A program made the position numbers and the translations under genes. A stretch of 55,974 nt of DNA from a virus. Taxonomy: Duplodnaviria; Caudoviricetes. Under the pieces are notes generated by a model. That model was not told the DNA's origin, did not search any database, and was given only the letters and a program-made list of their open reading frames with translations. Below, piece after piece: positions 28,540-37,546 of this stretch. The stretch lies in IMG/VR virus record IMGVR_UViG_3300049142_000052, positions 1 to 55,974 of that record; one strand, given 5' to 3'. Numbering within the stretch: the stretch's first letter is position 1; each line of letters opens with the position of its first letter.

Positions 28540-29133
28540 GTGCCCGATCTGGATGACTACGGGCAGGGCGTGAACATCGCGTCTCTGACGGACGCCCCGG
28601 ACGCCAGCAAACTCGCCAGAGACATCGCCAACGCCATCGCCCAGCGGTCCGTGATGCGCTTCAACTCGGCCTCACAGCGCGGCGCCACCCTCGACGACCC
28701 CGAAGAGGGCATGCCGACCTGGCTGAAGGACGCCAACCGCTTCGAGATCTACAACGGGTCAGACTGGGTGACGCCGGAGCCGACGCTCGTCACCGGCACC
28801 ACAGGGCTGTCCGCGCACAGCGGCTTCTCGGTGATCGACTTCTTCGGGCATCGGCAAGGCCGCGTCACGTCGATCGACCTGCACCTGACCCGCACCGGCG
28901 CCGACATCAACGCCAACTCCAGCGGCAACATCACCGACATCACCTGCGCGACCGTGCCGTCGAGCTGGCGGCCCACCCACGGCACCATCACCGGCTGCTG
29001 GGACAACGCCGTCTCCCACGGCGGATTCGTCATCGGCACCGACGGCATCGTCACCCTCCGCACCGCCAGCGGCGGCATCGACTCCGGCACCAGCCTCCGC
29101 CTCCACGTCACGTTCCTCCGCACCACCTTCTAG
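28540..29133 (+). CDS. Minor tail / tail fibre protein
   Basis: VMRF.SASQR..., EGM.TWL.D....EIYNGSDW. Confidence 0.7.
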   Translation: MPDLDDYGQGVNIASLTDAPDASKLARDIANAIAQRSVMRFNSASQRGATLDDPEEGMPTWLKDANRFEIYNGSDWVTPEPTLVTGTTGLSAHSGFSVIDFFGHRQGRVTSIDLHLTRTGADINANSSGNITDITCATVPSSWRPTHGTITGCWDNAVSHGGFVIGTDGIVTLRTASGGIDSGTSLRLHVTFLRTTF

Positions 29134-29181
29134 CCCTCGCCCGCGCCCCGGACTGGGGTCTCGCTCAGAAAGGGGCCCGCC

Positions 29182-30048
29182 TTGGCTACGCCACCTTCAC
29201 CGGACCGCTACTACGCCGCCCTCAGAGCCGAAGGAGTGCGCACCGCTGAGTCGCCCGGCTGGCGCTCCCGTAACCGCAACCACAAGGGACCGTGGGGCCC
29301 GGTCAACGGCATCGTCATCCACCACACCGCCGGACGAGACAGCCTCCGCTTGTGCATCGAGGGCACCGCCGACCTGCCGGGCCCGCTCTGCCACACCCAC
29401 CTGTCCAAGGCAGGGGTGGCCACACTCGTCGGCTACGGCCGCGCCAACCACGCCGGCACGTTCGCCGCGAACGCGCACAACGCCGTCGTCGCCGAAGCCG
29501 CCATTCACCCGCGGCCCGACGCTGCGGAGCCGATCGACGGCAACAGGCACTACTACGGCATCGAGATCGAGAACCTCGGCAACGGCACGGACCCCTACCC
29601 CGAAGCGCAGTACGACCAAGCGGTCCGGTGGGCGGCGGCCATCTGCCGACTGCACGGCTGGACCGCGCACTCGGTCATCGGCCACAAGGAAGGCACCCGC
29701 CGCAAGATCGATCCCACGTTCGACATGGCAGTCTTCCGGGCGCGTGTCGCCGAACGTCTCAAGCATCCGGCTGACTGGAGCCCGGGGAGCGCGGCGACGC
29801 CGACTAAGCCGGCCACCGAACCGCCGAAGGAGGAGGGCGACATGCCGTCCGCGAAGGACATCGCAGCAGCGGTCTGGGAGCACCCGATCGAGAACCAGTT
29901 CCGCAAGGACAGCGCGGGCAAGCCTCGCAGGATCGCCGCCCAGGACTTCATGGAGTACGGCGACAAGCACCACGACGACATCGTGGCCCGCCTGGACCGG
30001 CTCACCGCCGCCATCGAACGCCTCACCGCCGCACTCATCAAGGAGTAG
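29182..30048 (+). CDS. Endolysin, N-acetylmuramoyl-L-alanine amidase (Amidase_2)
   Basis: IVIHHTAG, LPGPLCH, GRANHAG, YGIEIEN, VIGHKE...RKIDP; TTG start. Confidence 0.92.
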   Translation: MATPPSPDRYYAALRAEGVRTAESPGWRSRNRNHKGPWGPVNGIVIHHTAGRDSLRLCIEGTADLPGPLCHTHLSKAGVATLVGYGRANHAGTFAANAHNAVVAEAAIHPRPDAAEPIDGNRHYYGIEIENLGNGTDPYPEAQYDQAVRWAAAICRLHGWTAHSVIGHKEGTRRKIDPTFDMAVFRARVAERLKHPADWSPGSAATPTKPATEPPKEEGDMPSAKDIAAAVWEHPIENQFRKDSAGKPRRIAAQDFMEYGDKHHDDIVARLDRLTAAIERLTAALIKE

Positions 30049-30051
30049 CCC

Positions 30052-30423
30052 ATGAAGATCTTCGGTAGAGAACCGGTGACCGTCCTTGCCGTCATCGCGA
30101 TCGCCCTTAAGCTCGGCGCCGCCTACGGCCTGGACGTGTCCGCCGAGCTGCAGGCCGCCATCATGGCGGTGCTGTTCTGCATCGTCGCCGTCGCCGAGGC
30201 GTTCATCCTCAAGACCGGCGCCGCATTCGCCGCGCTCGTCAACCTGGCACAGGCCGGCATCGCCCTCTTCCTGGCCTTCGGCGTCGAAATGACCGCCACC
30301 GAACAGGTTCTGTGGATGTCCGCCATCGAGGGCGCGCTCGCCCTGATCGTCGTCCGCCCGCAGGTCACCGCGCCGATCCCCGCGCTGAGGCTCGAACAGT
30401 CCAGTGTCATGAGAGCGGCCTGA
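30052..30423 (+). CDS. Holin
   Basis: MKIFGREP; four hydrophobic segments; RPQVT; follows endolysin. Confidence 0.75.
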   Translation: MKIFGREPVTVLAVIAIALKLGAAYGLDVSAELQAAIMAVLFCIVAVAEAFILKTGAAFAALVNLAQAGIALFLAFGVEMTATEQVLWMSAIEGALALIVVRPQVTAPIPALRLEQSSVMRAA

Positions 30424-30458
30424 CCACAACGTGCACGTCTTAGATAGGAGAGGGCGCA

Positions 30459-30782
30459 GTGAGTGAGGTCTTCGGCGTCAACCCGACCGATGCGGGGGCC
30501 GTCGCGCTCCTCACGCTCGTCGTCCTGTTCATCCTGACCGGCAAGCTCGTCCCGCGGAAGACCCACGAGGACGCCCTCACCGACCGCGACAACTGGCGGG
30601 CCGCCTACCTGGAATCGGAGAAGGCCCGCCAAGTGGAGCACGAGCAGACCGGCGAGCTTCTCGAGATGGCGAGACTCAGCGGCAACATCCTCACCGCCCT
30701 GCCCTCACCGCCCGGGCAGACGGACGGCGAGGAGGTGAACGCCAGTGCTCGCCTGGATCCGACGCCTCGCACACGGATGTGA
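30459..30782 (+). CDS. Membrane protein of lysis cassette (one TM plus coiled coil)
   Basis: GAVALL.LVVLFILTGKLVPR..H...D..NWRAAY. Confidence 0.7.
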   Translation: MSEVFGVNPTDAGAVALLTLVVLFILTGKLVPRKTHEDALTDRDNWRAAYLESEKARQVEHEQTGELLEMARLSGNILTALPSPPGQTDGEEVNASARLDPTPRTRM

Positions 30783-30966
30783 CAAGCCCGACGTGCGCGA
30801 GTCCGAGGCCGCCCTCGAGCACTCTCGGACCGTGCGCCGTGAAGCAGAGGAGCGAACGGCCGTCGTCGACGCGGCCGTCGCTCCCATCCGGCGAGCCCTG
30901 CAGGAAAACCACCTCCGCGAACGCATCGAACTCGCCTTCGCGGAGCGTCGAGGAGCACGACCATGA
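30745..30966 (+). CDS. Small lysis-cassette protein
   Basis: RBS GGAGG; ENHLRERI..AF motif. Confidence 0.6.
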   Translation: MLAWIRRLAHGCDKPDVRESEAALEHSRTVRREAEERTAVVDAAVAPIRRALQENHLRERIELAFAERRGARP

Positions 30967-31292
30967 ACAGCGACCTGAGTGCGGACCAGTGGATGAACGT
31001 CTTCATGTCGGCGACCGCCTGCCTGGCGTGCGCCACCTTCGCCGTCGTCTACCACGTCAAGGCCCCGTGGTGGCGGTCCACAACCGGATGGAATCTGATG
31101 GGGTTCGCTGGCGCCGTCGGCCTGCTGTGCCTGTACACCGTGCTGATCACGATCTGGCCGGAGGGCTGCCCCGCGGCCGTCCTCCGAAGCGTCCGCACCG
31201 TAGTCCTCCTCGCGATCATCATCCTCATGATCCAGCGGACCCGCATGGTGATCCGCGCCCAGCACGAACCCCGCGCCCGAACGGGAGTGTGA
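30963..31292 (+). CDS. Putative second holin-like membrane protein (3 TM)
   Basis: ATGA overlap; YH..APWWRS..G.NLM. Confidence 0.7.
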   Translation: MNSDLSADQWMNVFMSATACLACATFAVVYHVKAPWWRSTTGWNLMGFAGAVGLLCLYTVLITIWPEGCPAAVLRSVRTVVLLAIIILMIQRTRMVIRAQHEPRARTGV

Positions 31293-31293
31293 G

Positions 31294-31470
31294 ATGCCGG
31301 ATGCCCCGGAGCGGCTGCCGCGCCGCGACGACACCGCCGCCGACGTCGGATCCCTGGTCCGCCTCGGCCGCGAAGACCCCCAACCGATACCCGCACCGGC
31401 CACCCAGCCGTTCCTGGAGCCGGTCTACCCCGGGCTGCCCGACGGGTACATGCCCGACGACGCCGCCTGA
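31294..31470 (+). CDS. Small Pro/Asp-rich protein (58 aa; not in ORF track)
   Basis: RBS GGGAG; MPDAPERLPRRDDTAADVGSLVRLG...DDAA*; ends just before terminator. Confidence 0.55.
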   Translation: MPDAPERLPRRDDTAADVGSLVRLGREDPQPIPAPATQPFLEPVYPGLPDGYMPDDAA

Positions 31471-31477
31471 ACGACAA

Positions 31478-31523
31478 CGCCCCGCTCTCCTGCCGCACAC
31501 GCGGCCGGGGGAGCGGGGCGTTT
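31478..31523. terminator. Intrinsic terminator ending late operon (likely bidirectional)
   Basis: CGCCCCGCTC...GAGCGGGGCG followed by TTT; between convergent genes. Confidence 0.75.
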
Positions 31524-31531
31524 CGGCGTGC

Positions 31532-32161
31532 TCAGAACTCCAGCTGCTTCTTCACGTCGGCGACGTTCGGGCCGCTGTCCTCGGAGGGCATCTGCCAGCG
31601 GTGCGCCTTCTCCTCGCCGTCGATGTAGATCAGCGTGCCGCCCTTCGCCTGGGTCGGCGTCAGGTCGAAGACCTGAGACCGCCACTGCCAGGCGCCCGGC
31701 TGGACGGGTTCGGCGTTGGTGTACTTGTCCGGTGTGACGTTTGTGGAGTTGCCGCTATCGAAGCCGATCATCTCCCCGTCCGGGGCCATCCACTTCCATC
31801 CCCCACCGCTGATCGGGGCGGGCTCGTCGGCGGCGACCGCGGTCATCGCCTTGTCCTTCATGACGACGACGGCGAACACCCCGTTGGCTGCGGTCTCCCC
31901 GGCCGCCTTCTTCGTGAACACGACCGTGTCCGGGGTGATCTCCAGGACACCCGTGCCGCCGTCACCCGTCGTCCGGGCCGGCTCACCAAGGGCCAGCCCC
32001 TTCTCGACCGTGCCGGCCGAAGGCTCCTCGCTCGGCGCAGCCTCCGCGGGCGCCGACGTCTCCGGCTTCGCCGCGGCATCGCCGCTGTCGTCTCCTCCAC
32101 CGCATGCGGTGAGTGCGGCCAGCAGCAGGGCAGCCGTAGCTGCCATCGCGCGTGTGCGCAT
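31532..32161 (-). CDS. Lipoprotein (DUF4352/Ig-like fold candidate)
   Basis: Signal MRTRAMAATAALLLAALTA|C lipobox; Ser/Ala/Pro linker. Confidence 0.8.
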   Translation of the reverse strand: MRTRAMAATAALLLAALTACGGGDDSGDAAAKPETSAPAEAAPSEEPSAGTVEKGLALGEPARTTGDGGTGVLEITPDTVVFTKKAAGETAANGVFAVVVMKDKAMTAVAADEPAPISGGGWKWMAPDGEMIGFDSGNSTNVTPDKYTNAEPVQPGAWQWRSQVFDLTPTQAKGGTLIYIDGEEKAHRWQMPSEDSGPNVADVKKQLEF

Positions 32162-32210
32162 CGGTCCCCCCAAGGTTGAACGTCCAAGCACCGTAGACCG
32201 CCCACTGCGG

Positions 32211-32855
32211 CTACGGGCAGCTCTCCTCGAACTTGACGGCCGTGAACTTCACCGGCTGCCCATTCAGTGCCGCGCCAGCTGCCGGATCCTGGCTGCAGAC
32301 CTGCCAGTTCGACTCCATCAGCACCATCCGGTCTTCGGCGGTCGCGTCGTTGACGGTGATCGACGTACCGGAGTCGAGGGCCGTCCGTGCAGCCTTCACC
32401 GACTTGCCCTTGAAGTCCGGCATCGTGCCGCCCGCGGCCGACGGCGCCTTCTCCTCCTTCGCTGGGCACGTCTCCTCGAGCTTCACCGTCCCGAAGTCGA
32501 GGTCGGTGTCGGTCGACACGCTCTTGCCGGCGGCCACGCTCTGGCTGCACACCTTCCAGTTCCGGTCGAAGGCCTGCATGCGGTCCCGGCCGAGCGCGTC
32601 ATGCGAGGTAAGCCCGTAGAAGCCGGCCTCCTGGGCTTTGTCCTGCGCTGACTGCAGGCCCATGCCGACGAAGTTGGGGACGGTTGCCTTCTCGCTGGTC
32701 GGCTTGTCGTCCTTCGCCGATCCGCTGCCGCTGGAGCCGCCCGAGCTGGGCGGTGAGACGCTGGTGGTGTCCTTTGAGTCGTCGGCCGGCTGGCAAGCGA
32801 CGACACCGCCGACGGCGGCGCAGAGCAGGGCAGCGGTGATGATGCGGGTTCGCAC
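32211..32855 (-). CDS. Lipoprotein with two PASTA-like domains
   Basis: Lipobox VVA|C; repeats TVPNFVGMGL...NWKVCSQ and TMPDFKGKSV...NWQVCSQ. Confidence 0.85.
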   Translation of the reverse strand: MRTRIITAALLCAAVGGVVACQPADDSKDTTSVSPPSSGGSSGSGSAKDDKPTSEKATVPNFVGMGLQSAQDKAQEAGFYGLTSHDALGRDRMQAFDRNWKVCSQSVAAGKSVSTDTDLDFGTVKLEETCPAKEEKAPSAAGGTMPDFKGKSVKAARTALDSGTSITVNDATAEDRMVLMESNWQVCSQDPAAGAALNGQPVKFTAVKFEESCP

Positions 32856-32946
32856 AGAATCCCCCCGAGTGGTGCCAGTACAGACGGGTCACGGTAGACC
32901 ACACGGGCACGATGCGTTAACACCTGTCACCGAGCCGTGACACGAC

Positions 32947-32987
32947 AGCGCCCCGCCCTCCTGCTTCGGCAGGGGAGCGGGGCGCTT
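32947..32987. terminator. Intrinsic terminator, near copy of 31478 hairpin
   Basis: AGCGCCCCGCCCTCCTGC-TTCG-GCAGGGGAGCGGGGCGCT. Confidence 0.75.
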
Positions 32988-32995
32988 CATCGTGT

Positions 32996-33184
32996 CTACC
33001 TGCTGCCTTGGATTGCGCGCGTCAGTTCCCGGAGGGCCGCGCCGACAGCCAAGAGGGCTTGGACTTGCGCTTGAGCCTTGAGCGAGTCAGCAGCATCCTG
33101 CCTTCCGTTAAGCGCCGCCGCGTAGGCGTTCTCCACACTGTCGAGAGCACGAGCCTGCAGCTGCTCGTAGCTGAGCTCCGCCAT
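32996..33184 (-). CDS. Small helical hypothetical protein
   Basis: RBS GAAGGGG; MAELSYEQL...QALLAVG. Confidence 0.55.
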   Translation of the reverse strand: MAELSYEQLQARALDSVENAYAAALNGRQDAADSLKAQAQVQALLAVGAALRELTRAIQGSR

Positions 33185-33328
33185 GTCCACCCCTTCGTCG
33201 CTTGCCAGCGTCGCGAGTCTGCCGAAGGCGGGGCTTCTTGTCAGCAGGGCATCAACTGGGCGCGACTCGTTCCACCTGCCCGCCTGTGACAACCGCTGCG
33301 AGGCGGGGGAGACGTAAGCTCGCACGCC

Positions 33329-33637
33329 ATGAGCGACTCTCGCAACGATGTGCGTCCCATCCTCGACGCCATGCTCGCCGCAGCCCGCGAAGGGCTCGGG
33401 AGATCCACCTGGCGGATCGGCGACCCGGACGAGAAGCTCCTCCTTCCCATCATCGGCGCACTCACCGTCCACCTGGCCAAAGAGCTAGGCATCACAGAAG
33501 AAGGGTGGGACGCAGCGCAGACCCGAAGGAAGGTGGCGGACGAGCTGCGGACGGCGGCCCGCCGGCATCCCGCAGGAACGGCGCGCCACCAAGCGTTCCT
33601 AGAAGCAGCGCAGATGGCCGAGGACGGGCCAGCTTGA
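33329..33637 (+). CDS. Hypothetical protein
   Basis: 102 aa ORF followed by hairpin 33683-33709. Confidence 0.5.
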   Translation: MSDSRNDVRPILDAMLAAAREGLGRSTWRIGDPDEKLLLPIIGALTVHLAKELGITEEGWDAAQTRRKVADELRTAARRHPAGTARHQAFLEAAQMAEDGPA

Positions 33638-33725
33638 CGCTGCGAGATGCCCATCCCGCGCTCGACAACATGCCACGCAGTGGGCCCCACTCCGATGAGG
33701 AGCGGGGCCTATGTCATGTCTGGGG

Positions 33726-33902
33726 TCAGTGGCCGCTGCCGGTGCACTTGCAGAACGAGCTCTGGCAGAAGTAGCAGCTCGGCTTCCCGTAGCAGCGACG
33801 GCAGTGATTCTCCTGTCGGCAGTACACCGGCTCTGTGTGTTCCTTCGCTGCTGCGCTGTTCGTCTCGTCGTACTCCTGGCGGCAGGTGGTGCATGTCGTC
33901 AT
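33726..33902 (-). CDS. Small Cys-rich protein (58 aa, 9 Cys; not in ORF track)
   Basis: MTTCTTCRQEYDETNSAAAKEHTEPVYCRQENHCRRCYGKPSCYFCQSSFCKCTGSGH*; -10-like CACACT 6 nt upstream. Confidence 0.6.
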   Translation of the reverse strand: MTTCTTCRQEYDETNSAAAKEHTEPVYCRQENHCRRCYGKPSCYFCQSSFCKCTGSGH

Positions 33903-34053
33903 GACGGGAGTGTGGCACGAGCTGGAGCCGTGTCCACAAACGACCGACTGTCGACAGGTCAGCGCTCAACTGCGTTACCGCAGCACGAGAATGACGAGAA
34001 CCCGTGTCCTTAACTATGTCGCGCAAACGGTTCAGAATCGCTACATTGGGTTC

Positions 34054-34647
34054 ATGAGAATCGGATACGGCCGGGTCTCCACCCGCGACCAGAACCCAGA
34101 CGCACAGGAGGACGCACTCAAGACCGCCAAGTGCGACCGCATCTTCGTCGACAAGGCATCTGGCAAGCTCGCCTCCCGACCCGAACTCGACAAGGCCCTC
34201 ATCGCCGCCCGCGAAGGCGACGAGTTCGTCATCACCAAGCTCGACCGCCTCGGTCGTTCCCTGAAAAACCTCATCGAGCTGTCCGACCGGCTGCGCGCCC
34301 AGAAGGTCAACCTCGTCGTCATCGACCAGGGCATCGACACCAGCACCCCCGCCGGCCGCATGTTCTTCCAGATCCTCGGCGCCATCGCAGAGTTCGAGCA
34401 CGCGATGATCGTGGAACGGACGCGTGACGGGCTGGAAGCCGCGCGAGCCCGCGGGCGGAAGGGCGGACGCAAGCAGGCTCTCAAGCCGCGACAGGTCAAG
34501 CTCGCTCAGGAGATGTACGACGAGCTAGGCGACGACGGCAAGCGCAAGCACACCGTGCAGGACATCGCCAACGAACTCGGCGTTGCCCGCACCACCATCT
34601 ACCGCTACCTGGAGCGGGGCGAAGTCCCACGGGAGGCGTCAACGTGA
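34054..34647 (+). CDS. Small serine recombinase (resolvase/invertase) with C-terminal HTH
   Basis: IGYGRVST.DQ, KLDRLGRS, GIDTSTPAGR, AEFE, GRKGGRK, GVARTTIYRYL. Confidence 0.95.
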   Translation: MRIGYGRVSTRDQNPDAQEDALKTAKCDRIFVDKASGKLASRPELDKALIAAREGDEFVITKLDRLGRSLKNLIELSDRLRAQKVNLVVIDQGIDTSTPAGRMFFQILGAIAEFEHAMIVERTRDGLEAARARGRKGGRKQALKPRQVKLAQEMYDELGDDGKRKHTVQDIANELGVARTTIYRYLERGEVPREAST

Positions 34648-35711
34648 GCACGGCACATGACGAGGAGTCGATAGCAGGTCACGGAGACCACGAGCGTGAG
34701 GTGAGGGCTCGGTTGCTCATGCTTCGAGCCGAGCAGTCCGTCATCGCAGCCTTCAGGGTCCGTGCGTATGAGTTGGGCTGGTCGCTACGCGGCCCCGTGG
34801 GTGGTGTCAATGAGCCCGTGAAGATGGCCTGTAGCAAGGGGCACACGGCCGACGCGAAACCCATCAGCGTGTTGGCGGGCGGCTTCACCCTCGACAGCCA
34901 CGTGGGTCCGCTGCCGCGTTCCGAGCTGGAGGCTTGCTTCACCTGCACAAGGGACCAGAGGGAAGCGGAGGGGATTGCAGCCTTCCCGAAGTACGCAGCC
35001 GACTTCGATCTATGGGTGCTAGGTGACGAGAAGACCCAGTACGGCAGACCCGCGAAGAAGGTGCGGTGTCTCTCCGGACATGTCTTCGCACTCCCCGCGT
35101 TGGACCCGCGGATCGATTGGAAGGCATCACCTAATCGCGAGTTCTACGGCTTCAACTTCAAGGAACAGGACCCGCACGAGCACCCGTGCCCCACGTGTAA
35201 GAGGATCCGAGACACCCCGAAGCTAGCCGCGTTCAAGGCCAACGCCGCCAGCCAGGGAGCGATGATCCTGGAACCGCTGGCCGGACGCGTATCCCAGCGG
35301 GTGGCCATCTGCTGCGTAGTCGGTCACCTGTCCCAGATCGGCATCAATCAGGGATACGACGCCGAGACTATGTGCCGGGTGTGCAGGACCGGACGAACTG
35401 CCCCACCGCACGATGTCTTCTACGTCGTCAGCGGCACCGATACCGTCACGGGGAGACCAACGGTGAAGCTCGGCATCAGTTCGGGCACCGGGTATAAGCG
35501 ACTGGAGCAGCATGCGGCCATCGGCCTCTCTCAACGCCACATCGTGCGGACCGGGCTACCCAAGGGGGTAGCTCGGACCCTGGAGGCTGCGCTGCTCACA
35601 CACCTGGCGGAGGGTGGGTGGAAGCGGACGCGAGGCGAGGAGTACTTCTCGGTCGAAGCGCTACCTGCCATAGTCTCGTTCGCCGAGGACTGGCTGAGCG
35701 CCGCCGCGTAG
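34644..35711 (+). CDS. Zn-ribbon repeat protein with GIY-YIG-like C-terminal domain
   Basis: Three CxxGH...CxxC units; FYVV...VKLGISS...RLEQH...LEAALL...GEEYF. Confidence 0.6.
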   Translation: MSTAHDEESIAGHGDHEREVRARLLMLRAEQSVIAAFRVRAYELGWSLRGPVGGVNEPVKMACSKGHTADAKPISVLAGGFTLDSHVGPLPRSELEACFTCTRDQREAEGIAAFPKYAADFDLWVLGDEKTQYGRPAKKVRCLSGHVFALPALDPRIDWKASPNREFYGFNFKEQDPHEHPCPTCKRIRDTPKLAAFKANAASQGAMILEPLAGRVSQRVAICCVVGHLSQIGINQGYDAETMCRVCRTGRTAPPHDVFYVVSGTDTVTGRPTVKLGISSGTGYKRLEQHAAIGLSQRHIVRTGLPKGVARTLEAALLTHLAEGGWKRTRGEEYFSVEALPAIVSFAEDWLSAAA

Positions 35712-35738
35712 CCCTCTTCCGTGCCACACTGGCCGCAT

Positions 35739-35859
35739 GCCCCGCCGGGTTCCCCCGTCTCGGCGGGGCTTCTGGCATCCTGGACTTGGCAAAGCGACTG
35801 GCGCTATTCCGTAAGGGACGGCCAGCCTCCGAGCGCCCGACCGGCTGGTCGGGCGCTCG
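35739..35859. terminator. Two hairpins between convergent genes (35739-35769 and 35830-35859)
   Basis: GCCCCGCCG...CGGCGGGGC-TTCT and CGAGCGCCCGACC-GGCT-GGTCGGGCGCTCG. Confidence 0.65.
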
Positions 35860-35865
35860 CGCCGT

Positions 35866-36183
35866 TTAGTCCCCGTACTCGCATACTGACCAGCCGTCTG
35901 GCACTTCGCGCACCTCGAAGCCGGGAGCGATGACCTGGTGCAGGGTCTCGCCATCCGTCCATGAGTGGAGGGTGTCGGAGACAGTGCTGATGATCGGATC
36001 GCCGACGTTGTCGAAGAGGATCACAGGCTCAACAGCCAATGAGTCGTCGATCCGACGCATGCCTTCAGCGGGCGTGGCCCAGCCGACGATCGGCATGACC
36101 ATGATGGTCTTGTCGTCAGGGCATGCGATGGCGACTCGCCATCCGTTCGGAGCGGCGCTGAAGGCGAAGGGGGCTGCGGTCAT
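35866..36183 (-). CDS. Hypothetical protein
   Basis: GWRV...PIVGWA motif; 105 aa. Confidence 0.55.
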   Translation of the reverse strand: MTAAPFAFSAAPNGWRVAIACPDDKTIMVMPIVGWATPAEGMRRIDDSLAVEPVILFDNVGDPIISTVSDTLHSWTDGETLHQVIAPGFEVREVPDGWSVCEYGD

Positions 36184-36210
36184 GGCAGGACTCTTCCACG
36201 CCCCGGACTG

Positions 36211-36384
36211 CTAGGTCCGCGGTTTGGGGAGCTGCCCCGGCTTCACTTCGACGATCTCTATGTCGGTGCAGCCGGCGTCCTCGAGTTCCTGCTTCTGCTC
36301 GTCGGCGGAGGGTTTGTCGTAGGCGACGGCGGATGCGCGCGGCCGGCCGTCGGGGTCGGTCCAGGTGAGGCCATAGTTCTGCAT
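36211..36384 (-). CDS. Small conserved hypothetical protein
   Basis: MQNYGLTWTDPDG.PRASAVAYD..SA; leaderless signature. Confidence 0.65.
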   Translation of the reverse strand: MQNYGLTWTDPDGRPRASAVAYDKPSADEQKQELEDAGCTDIEIVEVKPGQLPKPRT

Positions 36385-36600
36385 GCGGGCATCATGCCTG
36401 GTGGCACTGACAGCACAAGTTTTCGGCCGTGATCTACCGCGTGGCCGGATCATGGTGCATGGTGGTGCGCACGGGATCCGCGCACCCCAGGCGAGGACTC
36501 CCCTCTCGGGCCCTGCCGCGCTCCGCCGATGCGGCAGGGCCCGCCGCACCTCCCGTCTCCTCCCCGCGGGAGGCCATGCGGCTGCCCGTAGGGTGACGGC

Positions 36601-36813
36601 ATGCACCCTGCCCGCTACCACCTCACCCTCACCTCCGCCGGCCGCCCGGTCGCACACGGCTGGTGGGGGAGTGAGGCGGTGGCCCGCGGGAAGTTCAAGA
36701 CGTGGGTCGGCGACTGGGGTCGGCCCGGCGCCCGCGTCACCCTCGTCGACGAGGAGACAGGCGCGGAGCTGGACAGCTGGCCACGCCCCGGCGTTGTCAG
36801 CGGCCCGGCGTAG
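36601..36813 (+). CDS. Small conserved actinomycete prophage protein
   Basis: RYHLTL...GRPV.HGWW..E..AR.KF..WVG...ARVTLVDE. Confidence 0.7.
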   Translation: MHPARYHLTLTSAGRPVAHGWWGSEAVARGKFKTWVGDWGRPGARVTLVDEETGAELDSWPRPGVVSGPA

Positions 36814-36917
36814 GCTGGTCCCAGTATCCGGCTGACAGCATTGAGACCAGTCGGGTTTGCTGTTGCTGAAGCCCCTCCCGCACAGCACCGGGAGGGGCCG
36901 CAACCGGGGGAGGTCCC

Positions 36918-37109
36918 GTGATTCGTCGCCTGCTTCGCCGGCTGTTCCCCGGCTGCGCGCGGGGCGGCGAGATCCGCGCCTACCGTCCGCGCCCGGGTGA
37001 GCGGCTGGTGCTCCTCAGTCCTGGCCACCGGATCGATGACCCGGACGAGGCGGAGGTGCTGGGGATGACAGCGTCCGCGAGGCGCATGCGGCGTGATCGG
37101 GGTCGCTAG
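36918..37109 (+). CDS. Small hypothetical protein
   Basis: RBS GGAGG. Confidence 0.45.
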   Translation: MIRRLLRRLFPGCARGGEIRAYRPRPGERLVLLSPGHRIDDPDEAEVLGMTASARRMRRDRGR

Positions 37110-37309
37110 CCCGCCGCCTCCGCGTGTCGGACGGCCTTCTTCAACGCCATCTCCACCTTGTACCGGTCGAGGCGCGCCGCTTCGGCGTAGGCGGTGATCC
37201 CGGCTTGTACAGCGTCGGCTTGGTCGACGGTGAGGGTGCCGGCCTGGATCGCAGCCCACGCCTCGCGCTCGGCGGCAAGCAGGTCGTCGGGGAAGTCGTA
37301 GTCGCTCAC
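37106..37309 (-). CDS. Small helical hypothetical protein
   Basis: FPDDLL...RY.VEMALKKAVRH; leaderless signature. Confidence 0.65.
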   Translation of the reverse strand: MSDYDFPDDLLAAEREAWAAIQAGTLTVDQADAVQAGITAYAEAARLDRYKVEMALKKAVRHAEAAG

Positions 37310-37318
37310 GGGCGGATC

Positions 37319-37513
37319 CTACGCGGCGACGTCGATCTCTCTGCAGGTGCGTTCCGCCTGCACGGCGAGCGTCCACTCCGCGACGAGCAGCTCATACCGG
37401 GCCCGCGACTCCCCGTACAGCCAGCCGCCACACGACACGACCAGCGCGCGGATCTCCTCGTTCACCACCGCAGCAGGCCGCACCGGTCCCGCACAAAGAG
37501 GAGAGGGGATCAT
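37319..37513 (-). CDS. Small hypothetical protein
   Basis: VR.AAVVNEEIRAL...RYE.LV.EW; leaderless signature. Confidence 0.6.
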   Translation of the reverse strand: MIPSPLCAGPVRPAAVVNEEIRALVVSCGGWLYGESRARYELLVAEWTLAVQAERTCREIDVAA

Positions 37514-37546
37514 GCCGCGATTCTAGGCGGCGGGTCTGACAGCGGG

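Noticed and set aside
1188-29133. Diversity-generating retroelement or retron
   Set aside because: No reverse transcriptase motif and no template/variable repeat pair noticed
33709-34401. 230-aa minus-strand ORF
   Set aside because: Antisense shadow of the serine recombinase
24606-34647. Invertase-driven tail-fibre switching (Gin/Cin-like)
   Set aside because: No inverted crossover sites or duplicated, inverted fibre 3' ends seen; the recombinase is separated from the tail genes by lysis and lipoprotein genes
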